A stretch of 64,000 nucleotides of DNA from Dehalococcoidales bacterium (GCA_034429935.1 DAOUFJ010000016.1:428-64427); one strand, 5' to 3'. Positions 36,101 to 47,764 are shown, counted from the stretch's first letter. The notes: generated by a model not told the origin, from the letters alone. Translations and numbers: made by a program.

Positions 36101-37327
36101 GTGTTGAAAATTAGTAATCTCAGAGAGTATCTACTAATACCAATCACAGGAGAGGATACACCGGCGTTAATTACTGAGCTGAAACGTCTGGAGTGGATAT
36201 TTATTATATGCAGGTGTATATGGATTCCAATTATCTTCATTCTGGCATGGTTACACAACCCCTTATCAGAATATAGCATGATAGCCATTGGGTTATCATT
36301 AGTTTCCATTAATGCTATAGCTTGCTTTTTTAATATAAAGATAAGGAATCTCCATTTACAACGATTGCTAAGTATAATCATGTTAGCAATCGACATACTT
36401 GTTACATGGGGAGTTATATTTCTTTTTGTTAACGATTTTTACACCGCCGCCTATGCCTGTTTTGTATATATAATAATTGAAGGGGCTATACGCTTTGGTT
36501 TAATCGGAAGTTTAAGCATGCTGCTAGTCTTCATATTAGGGTTATATACAGCCTATGTATTCAGAGATTGGCAATTCGGTATCCGATTTAGTACATCTGG
36601 ATTTATATATTGGACGGCACTTATGTTTATTGTTTCGATATCTTTGGGAATAATAGTAAATGAATGGAAAAGGCAACATAGACAAAGTAAGCGGCTTCTA
36701 AAAGAAAGGACTCTCCTTTCCGAGCGTCATCGCATTGCTCAAGATCTGCACGATTCCGTTTTAAAAACATTGCAGGGACTTACATTTGAAGCTCATACAT
36801 TAAAAAAAGAGACCACGTCTTCCTCGTTAAAAAAGAGAGCACAATATATAGAGGAAGTATGTTCCAATACAAGCCGAGAGATAAGGGAGCTTATTTTTGA
36901 CCTTAACTGTGAAAAAACAACTTTGATAGGGGCACTTATAGAAGAAATGCTAAAAGAATGGGGCATGAAAACAAAAATTACTCATGAATTCATTCTATCA
37001 GGGCAAGACATAGCTTTAGAGGCAAAGTTAACAAAGCATATTAGTAATATCATATCCGAAGCTCTTTCAAATATACGACAGCATTCTTCAGCACATAGTG
37101 TTAGTATATCTATGGAAGCATCCAATGATAATTTATTAAGCATAGAAGTAAGAGATAATGGCTGTGGGATTAAATGTAAAATAGACGAACTTCATCTTTT
37201 TGTTGAAGAAGGGAAATTGGGTATTGCAGGGATGAAAGAAAGAGTAGAATCTTTAGGTGGTAAATTTAGTTTAAAGAGTGATGAGAGCGGGACGCAATTA
37301 TATTTTCAAATTCCTGTTTCTAAATAA
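36101..37327 (+). CDS. Sensor histidine kinase, HisKA_3 (NarX/DesK type) with ~6-TM N-terminal sensor
   Basis: 408 aa; ERHRIAQDLHDSV H-box, EALSNIRQH (N), VRDNGCGI (G1), GIAGMKERVESLGG (G2). Confidence 0.9.
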   Translation: MLKISNLREYLLIPITGEDTPALITELKRLEWIFIICRCIWIPIIFILAWLHNPLSEYSMIAIGLSLVSINAIACFFNIKIRNLHLQRLLSIIMLAIDILVTWGVIFLFVNDFYTAAYACFVYIIIEGAIRFGLIGSLSMLLVFILGLYTAYVFRDWQFGIRFSTSGFIYWTALMFIVSISLGIIVNEWKRQHRQSKRLLKERTLLSERHRIAQDLHDSVLKTLQGLTFEAHTLKKETTSSSLKKRAQYIEEVCSNTSREIRELIFDLNCEKTTLIGALIEEMLKEWGMKTKITHEFILSGQDIALEAKLTKHISNIISEALSNIRQHSSAHSVSISMEASNDNLLSIEVRDNGCGIKCKIDELHLFVEEGKLGIAGMKERVESLGGKFSLKSDESGTQLYFQIPVSK

Positions 37328-37340
37328 TGTGAGATAACTA

Positions 37341-38006
37341 ATGGATAAAATCAAAATTCTAATAGTCGATGATAATTTTGTCGCTAGAAGAGGACTGCGT
37401 AGCTTTCTTAATGCAGAAGAGGGTATAACTGTTGAAGGCGAAGCCTCTACTGGATTGGAAGCTATCGAATTCATTAAACATATTTCTGTTGATATTATTC
37501 TTATGGATATACGGATGCCAAATATAGACGGGATCGAAACCACCTCGGAAATAATAAAAATCAGACCGGAAATTAAAGTATTAATATTATCCGTTATAGA
37601 TGAACAGCTTGTTCTAATTAAAGCTATTCTAGCTGGGGCTTCGGGGTATTTGGTTTACGGTAAATTCACTCCGGAATATCTTCTGGAAACTATTTGCAAT
37701 GTCGCTTCAGGTAAAAATATGATTATATCATTGGTATCTCCTGAAATACTTAACCAAGCGCAAAATAGTATAACTGAAACACAGAACATCGACAAAATTA
37801 TCAACATTGAACCTCTTACGGAGAGAGAAAGAGATATTTTAAGTTTGATCGCTATCGGCAAGCGAAACAGAGAAATTGCATCCACACTAAATATCAAAGA
37901 AAAAACAGTTAAAAATAACATTAATAATATATATTCAAAACTTCATATCAGGAGTCGCTATGAAGCGATAAGCTATATTTTAAATATTTCACATGCTAAA
38001 GTATAG
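37341..38006 (+). CDS. NarL/LuxR-family response regulator
   Basis: 221 aa; REC (ILIVDDN...DIILMDIRMP) plus LuxR HTH (LTERERDILSLIAIGKRNREIASTLNIKEKTVKNNINNIYSKL). Confidence 0.92.
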   Translation: MDKIKILIVDDNFVARRGLRSFLNAEEGITVEGEASTGLEAIEFIKHISVDIILMDIRMPNIDGIETTSEIIKIRPEIKVLILSVIDEQLVLIKAILAGASGYLVYGKFTPEYLLETICNVASGKNMIISLVSPEILNQAQNSITETQNIDKIINIEPLTERERDILSLIAIGKRNREIASTLNIKEKTVKNNINNIYSKLHIRSRYEAISYILNISHAKV

Positions 38007-38057
38007 ATATATACTCCTCCCCCATAATATCCAATATTTCTTTTAAGGAGGCTCTCT

Positions 38058-38474
38058 ATGCAAACAACCGAAACCATCAGTCTGAAAACCAACGGCGAGT
38101 GCGATGTCGTAAACATCACGCACCATGTCGAAGCGTTTTTGTCTAAATCCAACCTCAAAAACGGCACGGTTACAGTCTTCGTTACCGGTTCCACCGCAGG
38201 TATAACTACCATCGAGTACGAACCGGGGCTGGTGGCAGATATCAAAGAGGCGTTCGAGAGGATTGCTCCAAAGGGCATCCCCTATGCTCATAACGAAACG
38301 TGGGGAGATGGCAACGGCTATTCGCATATCAGGGCGTCCCTGCTGGGGGCATCGCTTGTCATCCCGTTCGTTAACTTTAAAATGGTGCTCGGTACGTGGC
38401 AGCAAATCGTGCTCATAGACTTCGACAACCGCCCGCGCAACAGGGATGTGGTGGTGCAGGTGATGGGGGAATAA
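38058..38474 (+). CDS. yjbQ: YjbQ/UPF0047 family (secondary thiamine-phosphate synthase) protein
   Basis: 138 aa; TVFVTGSTAGITTIEYEPG...GNGYSHIRASLLG..GTWQQIVLIDFD. Confidence 0.85.
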   Translation: MQTTETISLKTNGECDVVNITHHVEAFLSKSNLKNGTVTVFVTGSTAGITTIEYEPGLVADIKEAFERIAPKGIPYAHNETWGDGNGYSHIRASLLGASLVIPFVNFKMVLGTWQQIVLIDFDNRPRNRDVVVQVMGE

Positions 38475-38479
38475 TAAGA

Positions 38480-38655
38480 TGTCATTGCGAGTCCATTCCC
38501 GAAGGGAAGGCGAAGCAATCTCTACCGTTGTATATAAGTATTTATTAAGTTGAATCAAAGAGATTGCTTCGATTTTCTTCTCTGATTTATATAGATTCTT
38601 CGGCCGTTTCACTCTCTCAGAATGACATTGTAGAAGATAATCTCGCAAAGACGAT
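38480..38655. repeat. Mosaic intergenic repeat cluster 4
   Basis: TGTCATTGCGAGTCC-hairpin-GGCGAAGCAATCTCTAC (38481-38527), then the inverted modules GAGATTGCTTCG...CTCAGAATGACAT...TCTCGCAAAGACG. Confidence 0.8.
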
Positions 38656-38657
38656 TA

Positions 38658-39224
38658 TTATTTCCCGTGAATAAGAGAGAAGAACTCGGCGCGGCTGTCG
38701 GCGCGGCTGCGGAAAGTGCCACGTAAAGCGGAGGTAATAACACTGGCGCCGGGCTTCTTGATACCCCTCATCGTCATGCACATATGCTCCGCCTGAATGA
38801 CTACTCCCACGCCGTCCGGGTTCAAACCCTTGACAATGGTATCGGCGATATCGGTTGCCATTCTTTCCTGTATTTGCGGACGCCTGGAGATAATTTCCAC
38901 CACTCTTGCCAGCTTGCTGATGCCGACTACCCGTCCTTCTTTATTTGGAATGTATCCGATATGGACAATTCCGTAGAACGGCAAAAGATGATGTTCGCAC
39001 ATGGAATAAAAAGGAATATCCTTGAGGATTACCATCTCGCGGTGCCCCAGTTCGTAGCCAACCTTGAGCTCCTCGACAGGGTCCATATCCATCCCCATGA
39101 AAAGCTCGGTGTACATCTCGGCAAAACGGCGCGGCGTCTCCAGTAATCCCTCGCGCTTCGGGTCTTCGCCAATGGCAACTATGATATCCTCAACCGATTT
39201 TTTTATCTTTTCTTCGTCGAACAA
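38658..39224 (-). CDS. folE: GTP cyclohydrolase I
   Basis: 188 aa; ...[12 protein letters not shown]..., ...QVQERLT-like IQERMA block. Confidence 0.92.
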   Translation of the reverse strand: MFDEEKIKKSVEDIIVAIGEDPKREGLLETPRRFAEMYTELFMGMDMDPVEELKVGYELGHREMVILKDIPFYSMCEHHLLPFYGIVHIGYIPNKEGRVVGISKLARVVEIISRRPQIQERMATDIADTIVKGLNPDGVGVVIQAEHMCMTMRGIKKPGASVITSALRGTFRSRADSRAEFFSLIHGK

Positions 39225-39289
39225 TGTGCTTTCCTTATATTTTTGTATTTATTAGATTATCACCATAAGGATGATTCAACAAGCCTTTT

Positions 39290-39562
39290 GATACTGTCAT
39301 TCTCAGGGGGTACAATGACCAAATACCAGATGTATCGAGATAAAGGTTATCGAATGGTCTTAGACTCTTCGTTTCACTCAGAGTGACAGTCCACCACCCA
39401 AGATGCTGGATCCCGACAAGTCAGGATTCCAGAATGACAACAACCATTTGTCATTCTGGAGGGAGTGCCAACGACCGAAGAATCTTGGGGGAGGTATAAT
39501 ATTTTTACTACTTCCCTCCACACACCTGATGCTTCGCCTCTACGAGACTCGCAATGACACTT
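39290..39562. repeat. Mosaic intergenic repeat cluster 5
   Basis: Contains a module B copy (39449-39494), CCCAAGATGCTGGATCCCGACAAGTCAGGATTCCAGAATGACAA (compare 57535-57583) and GATGCTTCGCC..CTCGCAATGACAC. Confidence 0.8.
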
Positions 39563-39564
39563 AA

Positions 39565-40155
39565 TTACAATTTCAATTCTTCGGCATAAACGTCTCGTTT
39601 TAAGGTACGCACGTTAGCCTGCTGGATATTAAGGTACTGTTCGCATCCCATATACAATACCGGAAGCGTCTTTTCCAGGTTCAACGTTCCGTCCTCCCAG
39701 AAAGCCCCTTCTTTCAGATGAGTTGCCAGTACTTCGCCGGTAATCATGCTATGGCCGTCATAGACCTTTTCTTCGACCACCCTGCACTCGAAGGCGGCAT
39801 AAGCATCAGCCAGTACGGGCGCAGATGTTTTCACCGGTTTATCCTTTTGTATGCCGTAAGTAGCAAACTTATCGCAGTTTTCACCTTTGCTGCCGCCGAT
39901 GGCTGCCACCAGTTCGGCATGGCTTTCCGGTAAAATATTTATAGCAAATTCACCGCTCTGCTTGATGAGTTCATATGTAAAATGCCCCGTTCCGGTCACA
40001 AACGCAATCAGCGGAGGGTCTTTCGACATCGGCATATGCCAGGCAATCGTCATGGCATTTTCCTTTTCTCCGAAAGCGGCACTGACAACTATCGCCATGC
40101 GCGGATAATGCTGATAGAACGAACCGACGTTATCTGTGATGATTTTCTTCGACAT
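39565..40155 (-). CDS. Flavin reductase-like FMN-binding (split-barrel) protein
   Basis: 196 aa; PRMAIVVSA...NAMTIAWHMPMSKDPPLIAF pattern. Confidence 0.75.
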   Translation of the reverse strand: MSKKIITDNVGSFYQHYPRMAIVVSAAFGEKENAMTIAWHMPMSKDPPLIAFVTGTGHFTYELIKQSGEFAINILPESHAELVAAIGGSKGENCDKFATYGIQKDKPVKTSAPVLADAYAAFECRVVEEKVYDGHSMITGEVLATHLKEGAFWEDGTLNLEKTLPVLYMGCEQYLNIQQANVRTLKRDVYAEELKL

Positions 40156-40239
40156 TATTACCCTCCTATTTTATTATTCAGTTTTAAAAACACATTCATC
40201 TGCCATTCAAAGGTCTCGATGTAATCGAAACTCATCATA

Positions 40240-40415
40240 TTGTCTTTGCGAGTCCCGACAAGTCGGGACGAAGCAATCACTACAATACAATTATAATTAC
40301 CCCGTCCCGCACCGGATACTAAATATTTTACTGCTATTTCTTAAAGCACAACCATGACGATATTCACCGGTAGAGATTGCTTCGCTTTTCCTGCGGGAAA
40401 ACTCGCAATGACAGT
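40240..40415. repeat. Mosaic intergenic repeat cluster 6
   Basis: TGTCTTTGCGAGTCCCGACAAGTCGGGACGAAGCAATCACTAC (40241-40283) and the inverted GTAGAGATTGCTTCGC-hairpin-CTCGCAATGACAG (40370-40413). Confidence 0.8.
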
Positions 40416-40418
40416 TTT

Positions 40419-41471
40419 TTAAAACCCGAGGGCTTTCTCGATAGCAGACAGGTCTGCCGGTAGCTGCAGGAACGGCTCCGAATTCTTGATGGCGGTATCG
40501 GCATCCTTGATACCGTTTCCGGTTACCACACAGACGATTTTCTTGCCGGAGAAATCCATACCGTTTTTCACCATCTTTAAGAGCCCGGCATATGGTGCTG
40601 CCGAAGCCGGCTCACCGAAGACGCCCTCTTTAGACGCCATAATTTTCTGCGCCGCCAGGATTTCCTCGTCGCTGACCATATCGATAAGACCACCCGACTC
40701 ATCACGGGCTCTGGTCGCCTTCTGCCAGCTTGCAGGGTTGCCGATACGAATGGCAGTAGCTACGGTTTCCGGTTTCTCGATTGGATACCCGTGAACGATG
40801 GGAGCCGCACCTTCCGCCTGAAAACCCATCATCTGCGGCTTTTTCGTAGATTTCTTCATATCGTAATACTCGACAAAACCCTTCCAGTAAGCGGTGATGT
40901 TCCCGGCATTGCCGACAGGAATGAACAGGTAATCGGGCGCATCGCCCAGTTCGTCTATGATTTCGAAAGATGCCGTCTTCTGCCCTTCTATACGGTTGGG
41001 ATTCAAGGAGTTCACCAGCGATATGGGGTGCTTTTCCGTAATGGTACGCACGATTTTAAGAGCCTGGTCGAAATTGCCGTCGATGGCTACGATTTTAGCA
41101 CCGTGAACGATAGCCTGCGCCAGCTTACCCTTGGCTATCTTGCCTTCGGGAATGATGATAACAGCCTGCAACCCCATGGCCGCCGCATAAGCCGCCGCCG
41201 AAGCGCTGGTGTTGCCGGTGGAAGCACAGATAACAGCCTTGCTTCCTTCCTCTATCGACTTCGCAATAGCGACCACCATTCCCCTGTCCTTGAAGGAACC
41301 GGTAGGATTGCAGCCCTCCAGCTTGAAATACAGCTCGGCACAACCGATTTCCTTGTACAGGTTCTTGGAACGGACCAGCGGGGTATCCCCTTCTCCAATA
41401 GAGAACATCGGTGTTTTCGTGGTTATCGGGAGATAATCCTTATATCTGAACAGTACGCCTGATTTTGCCAT
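40419..41471 (-). CDS. thrC: Threonine synthase
   Basis: [13 protein letters not shown]-lysine motif; GAGGAA 4 nt before ATG 41471 (the track start at 41486 would overlap hom). Confidence 0.92.
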   Translation of the reverse strand: MAKSGVLFRYKDYLPITTKTPMFSIGEGDTPLVRSKNLYKEIGCAELYFKLEGCNPTGSFKDRGMVVAIAKSIEEGSKAVICASTGNTSASAAAYAAAMGLQAVIIIPEGKIAKGKLAQAIVHGAKIVAIDGNFDQALKIVRTITEKHPISLVNSLNPNRIEGQKTASFEIIDELGDAPDYLFIPVGNAGNITAYWKGFVEYYDMKKSTKKPQMMGFQAEGAAPIVHGYPIEKPETVATAIRIGNPASWQKATRARDESGGLIDMVSDEEILAAQKIMASKEGVFGEPASAAPYAGLLKMVKNGMDFSGKKIVCVVTGNGIKDADTAIKNSEPFLQLPADLSAIEKALGF

Positions 41472-41472
41472 C

Positions 41473-42780
41473 TTATTCCTCGACACGTATAAAATTATTT
41501 ATTTTCCTGACCACAGGAAGATTATCCAGTTCTTTTATAGCTTTCTGCATGGCTTCTTCCTTAGCCGGATGCGTCATTATTACTATTTCAGCACTCTTCG
41601 ACTCCATATCGGTTTCCTTCTGAATGGCAGCCGATATACTGATATTACAGTTCCCTAAAACAGTAGCGATACTTGCCAATACACCGGGCATATCGTTAAT
41701 ATTCATGCGGATATAATACCTGGTAACAATTTCGGACATAGGTTTGATTTTCGTGCCCGGTTTTATCTTCCAGTAGTTATGTGAAGTATCACCACAGGCG
41801 ATTTTCCTGGCTGCCTGTATCACATTGGCAACCACCGCACTGGATGTCGGCTTGGCGCCGGCGCCCTCTCCCCAGAAGGTAACCTTACCAACGAGGTCCC
41901 CTTCTACCAGGACGGCATTATAGACGCCATCCACCTTGGCCAGAAAACTCTCCACAGGCACGAACGCCGGATATACATGAACCTCAACGGAGCCGTCGCT
42001 GTGCCTCGCAATAGCCAGCAGCTTTATAGCATAGCCCAGTTCACTGGCATAGCGGAAATCACGGCTCTCCAGTTTGGAAATCCCCTCACAGAAGATATCT
42101 TCGGGGAGAACACGGGTTTCCATCGTCAGCGATGCCATAATCGCCAGCTTATATACCGCATCGATACCCTCGATGTCGTTCTTAGGATTCGCTTCGGCAT
42201 ATCCCAGCTTCTGCGCTTCGGCCAGAACAGGAGCAAAATCTATATCCTCACGGGACATCCGTGTAAGAATATAGTTCGTGGTTCCGTTGATAATGGCATA
42301 GATACCATCTATGTTATTGGCTACCAGGTCTTTCTGCAAAGGAGCGATGAGCGGTATGCCTCCGCCGACAGCCGCCTCATAGTTAAGGCTCACATTATGC
42401 TGTTTCGCCAGTTCCATGAGTTCGGAACCGTACTTGGCAATCAATTCCTTGTTGGCGGTAACTATGTGTTTGCCGGCCCTGATAGCACGTTCCTGATACG
42501 AGTGCGCCGGTTTTTCCCCGCCGATTACCTCGATGACGATATTCATATCCGGCGTGTTGAAGAACTCGTTATCATCAGTGGTAAACAGTTTTGCATCTAT
42601 TGCCTTTGCCTTGGGATTGTTTAAATCCGGGTTAATGACCTTGATTTTACGCAGGATAACCGGGCAGCCGGCCTGCTCCGATATATGGTCTGCCCTGTCC
42701 AGTAAAACACGGGCCACCTGGCTGCCGATTACACCGAATCCCATCAAGCCAACCCCGATACTTTTTTTCTCCATAATCAA
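41473..42780 (-). CDS. hom: Homoserine dehydrogenase with C-terminal ACT domain
   Basis: 435 aa; [15 protein letters not shown]-binding motif, catalytic domain and ACT-like tail. Confidence 0.92.
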   Translation of the reverse strand: MIMEKKSIGVGLMGFGVIGSQVARVLLDRADHISEQAGCPVILRKIKVINPDLNNPKAKAIDAKLFTTDDNEFFNTPDMNIVIEVIGGEKPAHSYQERAIRAGKHIVTANKELIAKYGSELMELAKQHNVSLNYEAAVGGGIPLIAPLQKDLVANNIDGIYAIINGTTNYILTRMSREDIDFAPVLAEAQKLGYAEANPKNDIEGIDAVYKLAIMASLTMETRVLPEDIFCEGISKLESRDFRYASELGYAIKLLAIARHSDGSVEVHVYPAFVPVESFLAKVDGVYNAVLVEGDLVGKVTFWGEGAGAKPTSSAVVANVIQAARKIACGDTSHNYWKIKPGTKIKPMSEIVTRYYIRMNINDMPGVLASIATVLGNCNISISAAIQKETDMESKSAEIVIMTHPAKEEAMQKAIKELDNLPVVRKINNFIRVEE

Positions 42781-42806
42781 TACCCCTGTTCGTTAACCTT
42801 AAACAC

Positions 42807-44099
42807 CTATGAACCGGCAACCTGCTCTGCTGCAAAGGTCTTCATATCGTCGGTTATATATTCAGTTACCGTATTATCATAATCGAATGAATCCACCCAT
42901 TCATCCAGTGCATCTTCGACCAGGTAATTCATATTATCATCGGATATGTCCTGAACGCCGGTTTCCGTAACTTCATACAGCCAGTAACCGCCTGTAGTGC
43001 TTTTATCAGTATCACGAATGATTCCGCTGATGTCATCTACCACCGTATCTTCGCCGAAAACATAGGCATCGAAAACATCGGAATAATCTTCTTTCTCGAC
43101 TTCCAGAACACAACCGTCATCCTCATCCCATATCTGAGAATACTCTTCGGCAACCTCGTCGAAATCCCCTCCGGCATCCAGCAAAGCCATAACCTCTTCA
43201 GCCTCGGACAGGCTGCCGACATAAATGGCTTTGACTGTGGCAGTCGTCGTTTCGGTCACCGTATCCGTAGTCGTGGTGGTAGTCGCCGTAACAGTCGAAG
43301 TCGTGGTTACCGGCTCTTCTGTAAGCTTCAATATCCAGTAGCCTACGCTTTTAGTTTTATCGGCATCCTCTACGGAATTCAATACGCCAATCCCGGCTGA
43401 TGAAATAAGCTCATCAGTTAAAGCGGAGTCAGACAGAATATTATCTATGACACCCTGCGGCAGCCAGCCAAGGTCTCCGGCTGCCTTCTGGGTGGTCGTA
43501 TCCAGTGAAAGTTCGGTGGCGATATCGCCGAACGACTCCCCGCTAGCAATCCTGTTCTTGACCTCTTCAACCTGTGCTTCGCTCTCAAGGAACATCGCCA
43601 GAACATAACTCTGCTCTGCGGGGGTAACTATTTGTGAACCGAAGTACTCTTCCAGTTTAGGAATAAGCAGGGTTACTCTCACCATATCCCTCGAAGCCTG
43701 TGTATTATCATACTCATTCTCTTCTATTTCAGCAGTAATTTCAGCTTCGGTTACAGTAATGCCCAACTCTTCCGCCCCCTGCTTGACAAGTTCGTAATAC
43801 TCGATATACTGCAAGGCATAAGGAGTAAAATAGGAAGCATATTGATAATAATCGCCCGATACGTAAGTAAGCATATCGATATAGTATTCCATATCGAACT
43901 CGGTGCCGTTTACATCGACCACGATTTCATGCATCGGCTGATAGTCGTCCTTATACCATTCATACATCCCGGCTCCCACCAGCCCGACCACAACGGCAAT
44001 AACCGTAAAACCGGCAAATTTCACTGTATCCAGTAATCTTTTCCTTCTCTTTTCCTTCGTAACATGTGTCAGCTTCACTTTATTTGGCGTTTTATTCAA
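42807..44099 (-). CDS. Membrane-anchored parvulin-type peptidyl-prolyl isomerase (PrsA/SurA-like) with poly-Thr linker
   Basis: 430 aa; N-terminal TM; two parvulin-like segments (..SGESFGDIATELS..GDLGWL.., ..AGGDFDEVAEEYS..); TTTSTVTATTTTTTDTVTETTTAT linker. Confidence 0.6.
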   Translation of the reverse strand: MNKTPNKVKLTHVTKEKRRKRLLDTVKFAGFTVIAVVVGLVGAGMYEWYKDDYQPMHEIVVDVNGTEFDMEYYIDMLTYVSGDYYQYASYFTPYALQYIEYYELVKQGAEELGITVTEAEITAEIEENEYDNTQASRDMVRVTLLIPKLEEYFGSQIVTPAEQSYVLAMFLESEAQVEEVKNRIASGESFGDIATELSLDTTTQKAAGDLGWLPQGVIDNILSDSALTDELISSAGIGVLNSVEDADKTKSVGYWILKLTEEPVTTTSTVTATTTTTTDTVTETTTATVKAIYVGSLSEAEEVMALLDAGGDFDEVAEEYSQIWDEDDGCVLEVEKEDYSDVFDAYVFGEDTVVDDISGIIRDTDKSTTGGYWLYEVTETGVQDISDDNMNYLVEDALDEWVDSFDYDNTVTEYITDDMKTFAAEQVAGS

Positions 44100-44321
44100 A
44101 GTCGCATTTACTCCCTCTTATTATGTATTTAATAAGCTTCATATGCCAGCGATTATCATCACTAAATTCGATATTTCCAGCATGATAATGCAGTCATTAT
44201 AAGCCTTAAAGCCGATGCAGTGCAATTAACGTTCTTTCAAAATTACATCTAAATATTATATACTATATTCGTTTAAGTATAGTAAATAATACATACTATT
44301 CAAGGAGGGGAATAACAAATA

Positions 44322-45407
44322 ATGAAAGCAGTGATTTTAAGCGGCGGCTTCGGTACCAGGTTGAGACCTTTAACCATCAATACCCCTAAATCCATGGTTC
44401 CAGTGCTTAATATTCCATTCCTCGAATACTTTATTAAACGCCTGAAATCGCATAAAGTTAGCGACATCGCCCTGGCTGTCAGTTATTTAGCCCAGCCGAT
44501 CAAGGATTACTTCGGTGACGGCAGCCGTTTCGATGTCAGTCTTTCTTATACTGTCGAAGATACCCCTCTGGGCACAGCCGGCGCCGTCAAGAACGCCGGG
44601 GGCTTCATCGACGAGCCGACACTGGTATTCAACGGTGATATCTTTACAGACCTGGATTTAACGGATATGATGGAACAGCACAAGCGCAATAAAGCCATGC
44701 TGACCATTGCTCTCACGCCCGTGGAAGACCCCACCAGCTACGGGCTCGTGGAAACCGACAGCCAGAACAGGACTTTGCGCTTTCTGGAAAAACCGAATCC
44801 GGATGAAATAACCACCAACATGATAAACGCCGGAACATATATAATCGAACCGGATGTGATGTCGCTTATTCCGTCACAAACCAATTGCAGTTTCGAAAGA
44901 GATATATTCCCGCTGCTGCTGAGAGAAAAGAAAGCCGTTTTCGCCTATTCTGCCAGCTGTTACTGGATAGACATCGGCAGGCCGGAAAACTATTTCCAGC
45001 TCCATTATGACCTGCTCAACGGGAAAAGCAACCAGTACCATTTCAACAACGGCAAAAAAGTAGTTACGGGCAATCATTGTATCATACACCCTTCGGCCGA
45101 AATTACAGGCCCGGCCATCATAGGAGATAATTGCGTTATCGGGGAAGACGTTAAAATAAACGGCCCCGTAGTTATCGGTTCCAATTGCCAGATATCCAGT
45201 TATTCCGTTATCGATGATTCCATAATATGGAACTCCGTCCATATCGAGCCGTTTGCCCGAACCAGACATACCATCATAGCCAATAACAGCCATATCGGCT
45301 CGGGAAGCTTTATCGAAAGGGCAGTTCTGGGGAACAATACAATCATAGGCTACGGGAAGCATGTCGAAACAGGAAGACTTGTCGCCCCCAATACCATAGT
45401 CAATTAA
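44322..45407 (+). CDS. Sugar-1-phosphate nucleotidyltransferase with C-terminal left-handed beta-helix
   Basis: 361 aa; LSGGFGTRLRPLT motif; hexapeptide repeats in the C-terminal third (ManC/GCD1-like). Confidence 0.8.
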   Translation: MKAVILSGGFGTRLRPLTINTPKSMVPVLNIPFLEYFIKRLKSHKVSDIALAVSYLAQPIKDYFGDGSRFDVSLSYTVEDTPLGTAGAVKNAGGFIDEPTLVFNGDIFTDLDLTDMMEQHKRNKAMLTIALTPVEDPTSYGLVETDSQNRTLRFLEKPNPDEITTNMINAGTYIIEPDVMSLIPSQTNCSFERDIFPLLLREKKAVFAYSASCYWIDIGRPENYFQLHYDLLNGKSNQYHFNNGKKVVTGNHCIIHPSAEITGPAIIGDNCVIGEDVKINGPVVIGSNCQISSYSVIDDSIIWNSVHIEPFARTRHTIIANNSHIGSGSFIERAVLGNNTIIGYGKHVETGRLVAPNTIVN

Positions 45408-45531
45408 ATTACTTTTATGTTATAGCAGCCATTACTTAAAACCGACGAAGCATTACGCAATGCCCCAAACAGGCATTGCGTTTGTCATGTTATAATATTT
45501 TACAGAATCGCTTAGAGGAAAAATATAATAT

Positions 45532-46599
45532 ATGTTAGAACGTCTCGCTAAAATAGAACAGCAATACATCGAACTCGAAGAAGAAATGGCCTCCGATGGG
45601 GTTGTTTTGAACCCTAAAAAATTGCAGGAACTGGCACAGGAACGTGCCGGCCTGGAAGAACTGGTTACTCTCTACAGGCAATACAAGAAAACCGTTCAAG
45701 CCCTCGATGACACCAGAGCCATGCTCAATGACAAACTGGACGAAGATATGATGTCCATGGTGAAACAGGAAATCGAAAATCTCGAATCCAGAGTCGAAGA
45801 GCAGTATCAGGGATTAAAATTGGCTCTACTTCCGAAGGACGCCAACGATGAAAAAGACATCATCATGGAAATAAGAGCAGGTACCGGCGGGGAGGAAGCC
45901 GGACTTTTTGCCGCAGACCTTTTCCGCATGTACACGCGTTATGCCCAGCTAAAGGGATGGGCTACCGATATCATTGATATCAACGAAATCGGCGGCGGTA
46001 TACGCGAAGTCGTATTCGAAATCAGGGGGAGGGGTGCCTTCAGCCGCCTGAAATACGAAAGGGGCGTCCACCGTGTACAGAGAGTGCCTGCAACAGAGGC
46101 ATCAGGCAGGATACACACATCAACCGCCACGGTGGCAGTTCTGCCGGTAGCCGATGAGGTAGAAGTCGATATCAATCAGAACGACCTGCGCATAGATATC
46201 TTTCACAGCGGCGGCGCCGGCGGACAGAATGTGAATAAAGTAGCGACTGCCGTGCGTATTACCCATATACCGACCGGCATCGTGGTTACCTGCCAGGACG
46301 AACGCTCGCAGCTTAAAAACAAGACAAAGGCGATGTCTGTGCTCAGAGCCAGGCTCCTCGATATAGAACAGCGCAAGCAGGAAGGCGATATCGTGGAAGA
46401 ACGCCGTTCACAGGTAGGCACAGCCGAACGGGTGGAAAAAATCAGGACTTACAACTACCCGCAGGACAGGATAACCGACCATCGCGGAGGAATCACGCTA
46501 CGCAACCTTCCGCATGTCATGGAGGGGAATCTCGACGAACTGCTCGATTCCCTTGCCGCAGATGAACAGGCAAAGCTTTTAGAGTCTCAACTGGAATGA
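45532..46599 (+). CDS. prfA: Peptide chain release factor 1
   Basis: 355 aa; PAT anticodon-mimic tripeptide ([10 protein letters not shown]), GGQ motif ([11 protein letters not shown]). Confidence 0.96.
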   Translation: MLERLAKIEQQYIELEEEMASDGVVLNPKKLQELAQERAGLEELVTLYRQYKKTVQALDDTRAMLNDKLDEDMMSMVKQEIENLESRVEEQYQGLKLALLPKDANDEKDIIMEIRAGTGGEEAGLFAADLFRMYTRYAQLKGWATDIIDINEIGGGIREVVFEIRGRGAFSRLKYERGVHRVQRVPATEASGRIHTSTATVAVLPVADEVEVDINQNDLRIDIFHSGGAGGQNVNKVATAVRITHIPTGIVVTCQDERSQLKNKTKAMSVLRARLLDIEQRKQEGDIVEERRSQVGTAERVEKIRTYNYPQDRITDHRGGITLRNLPHVMEGNLDELLDSLAADEQAKLLESQLE

Positions 46600-47426
46600 T
46601 TCTCAAAGATTATTTATACAATACACGACAGATTCTTTCGGACAACAATATAGATGATGCTTCGCTGGAAAGCGAACTGCTGATAAGGCAGGCAATGGAT
46701 TTCAGCCGTGTTCAGCTATATCAAAATATGCAGCAGGAACTACCACCAGGCAGGCAGGACATCCTGCAATCACTCATTAAGCGGCGGCTTAACGGTGAAC
46801 CGGCAGCCTATATTACAGGAAGCAAAGAGTTTTTCGGGCTGGATATTTATGTAAATAAGCATGTTCTCATCCCCAGACCTGAAACGGAACATCTGGTTGA
46901 AAAAGCTATCTCCCTTGCAAGCAGATACGAACATACCGTTATCGCCGATATCGGAACCGGCAGCGGAGCCATCGCTGTCAGTTTGGCAGTCAGCCTTGCC
47001 AACACTGATATTTTTGCTATAGACGTTTCTTTCGAAGCGTTGAAGGTAGCCGATATCAACTGCCACCGGCACAACGTAAATAACAGGATAAAACTGCTCT
47101 GCGGTAATTTACTGGAGCCGCTGCCGGAGAAAGCGGATATCATAGCCGCCAACCTTCCATACGTTAAAAAAGAGGATATTCCGGTTGACTCCTGCGAGCC
47201 GAGGCTGGCTCTCGACGGGGGAGACGACGGGCTGGATATAATAAGGCTCCTGTGCAATCAAGTGCCGGATAAAATAAACACGGGAGGACACCTCCTGCTG
47301 GAAATAGGCATGGGGCAAAAAGATGCCGTTGTTGACCTTCTTGAAGGGATTGCCTTCGTTAAAGATATAGAGGTCATCCCCGATTTAAGGGGCATAGACC
47401 GCGTAGTTTGCGCTTCTTTCGAATAG
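46596..47426 (+). CDS. prmC: Release factor glutamine N5-methyltransferase
   Basis: 276 aa; 4-nt overlap with prfA; [13 protein letters not shown] motif; ANLPY (NPPY variant). Confidence 0.9.
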   Translation: MILKDYLYNTRQILSDNNIDDASLESELLIRQAMDFSRVQLYQNMQQELPPGRQDILQSLIKRRLNGEPAAYITGSKEFFGLDIYVNKHVLIPRPETEHLVEKAISLASRYEHTVIADIGTGSGAIAVSLAVSLANTDIFAIDVSFEALKVADINCHRHNVNNRIKLLCGNLLEPLPEKADIIAANLPYVKKEDIPVDSCEPRLALDGGDDGLDIIRLLCNQVPDKINTGGHLLLEIGMGQKDAVVDLLEGIAFVKDIEVIPDLRGIDRVVCASFE

Positions 47427-47544
47427 ACACGGTTTGACTTTACCTTAACCTTTGGGGATAACTCCAGAAATAGCAGAACGATATCAAATCATTCATCTAT
47501 TGCGGCATGATATATGGATAAATCGTCTGTTGCGAAACTTAAAA

Positions 47545-47665
47545 AACTGTTCGTGGTGAGCTTGTCGAACCATAACGGTTTTGATTATTTATATGCGAGG
47601 GCGAGGTAATTATATTGTATTGTAGGGGCTGCTTCGTCCGCCTGCGGTGTCCTCGCAACGACTGT
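47545..47665. repeat. Mosaic intergenic repeat cluster 7
   Basis: GTTCGTGGTGAGCTTGTCGAACCATAACGG and TGTAGGGGCTGCTTCGTCCGCCTGCGGTGTCCTCGCAACGAC. Confidence 0.8.
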
Positions 47666-47764
47666 TTATGTAATATCATTCTAAAATCATGAGGGCTGCT
47701 TGAAAGGGATTTAGGTTCATTAATAGCCATTCAATGGTTCCCCTTTCCCCTGTAAAACTACTAT

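Noticed and set aside
32763-38018. 9-nt direct repeat TATACTCCT at 32763-32771 and 38010-38018 as att sites of the TCS island
   Set aside because: It is too short to distinguish from chance in AT-rich sequence, and there is no adjacent integrase or tRNA.
38043-38648. 201-aa minus-strand ORF
   Set aside because: It runs antisense through yjbQ and into a mosaic repeat cluster and shows no coding signal.
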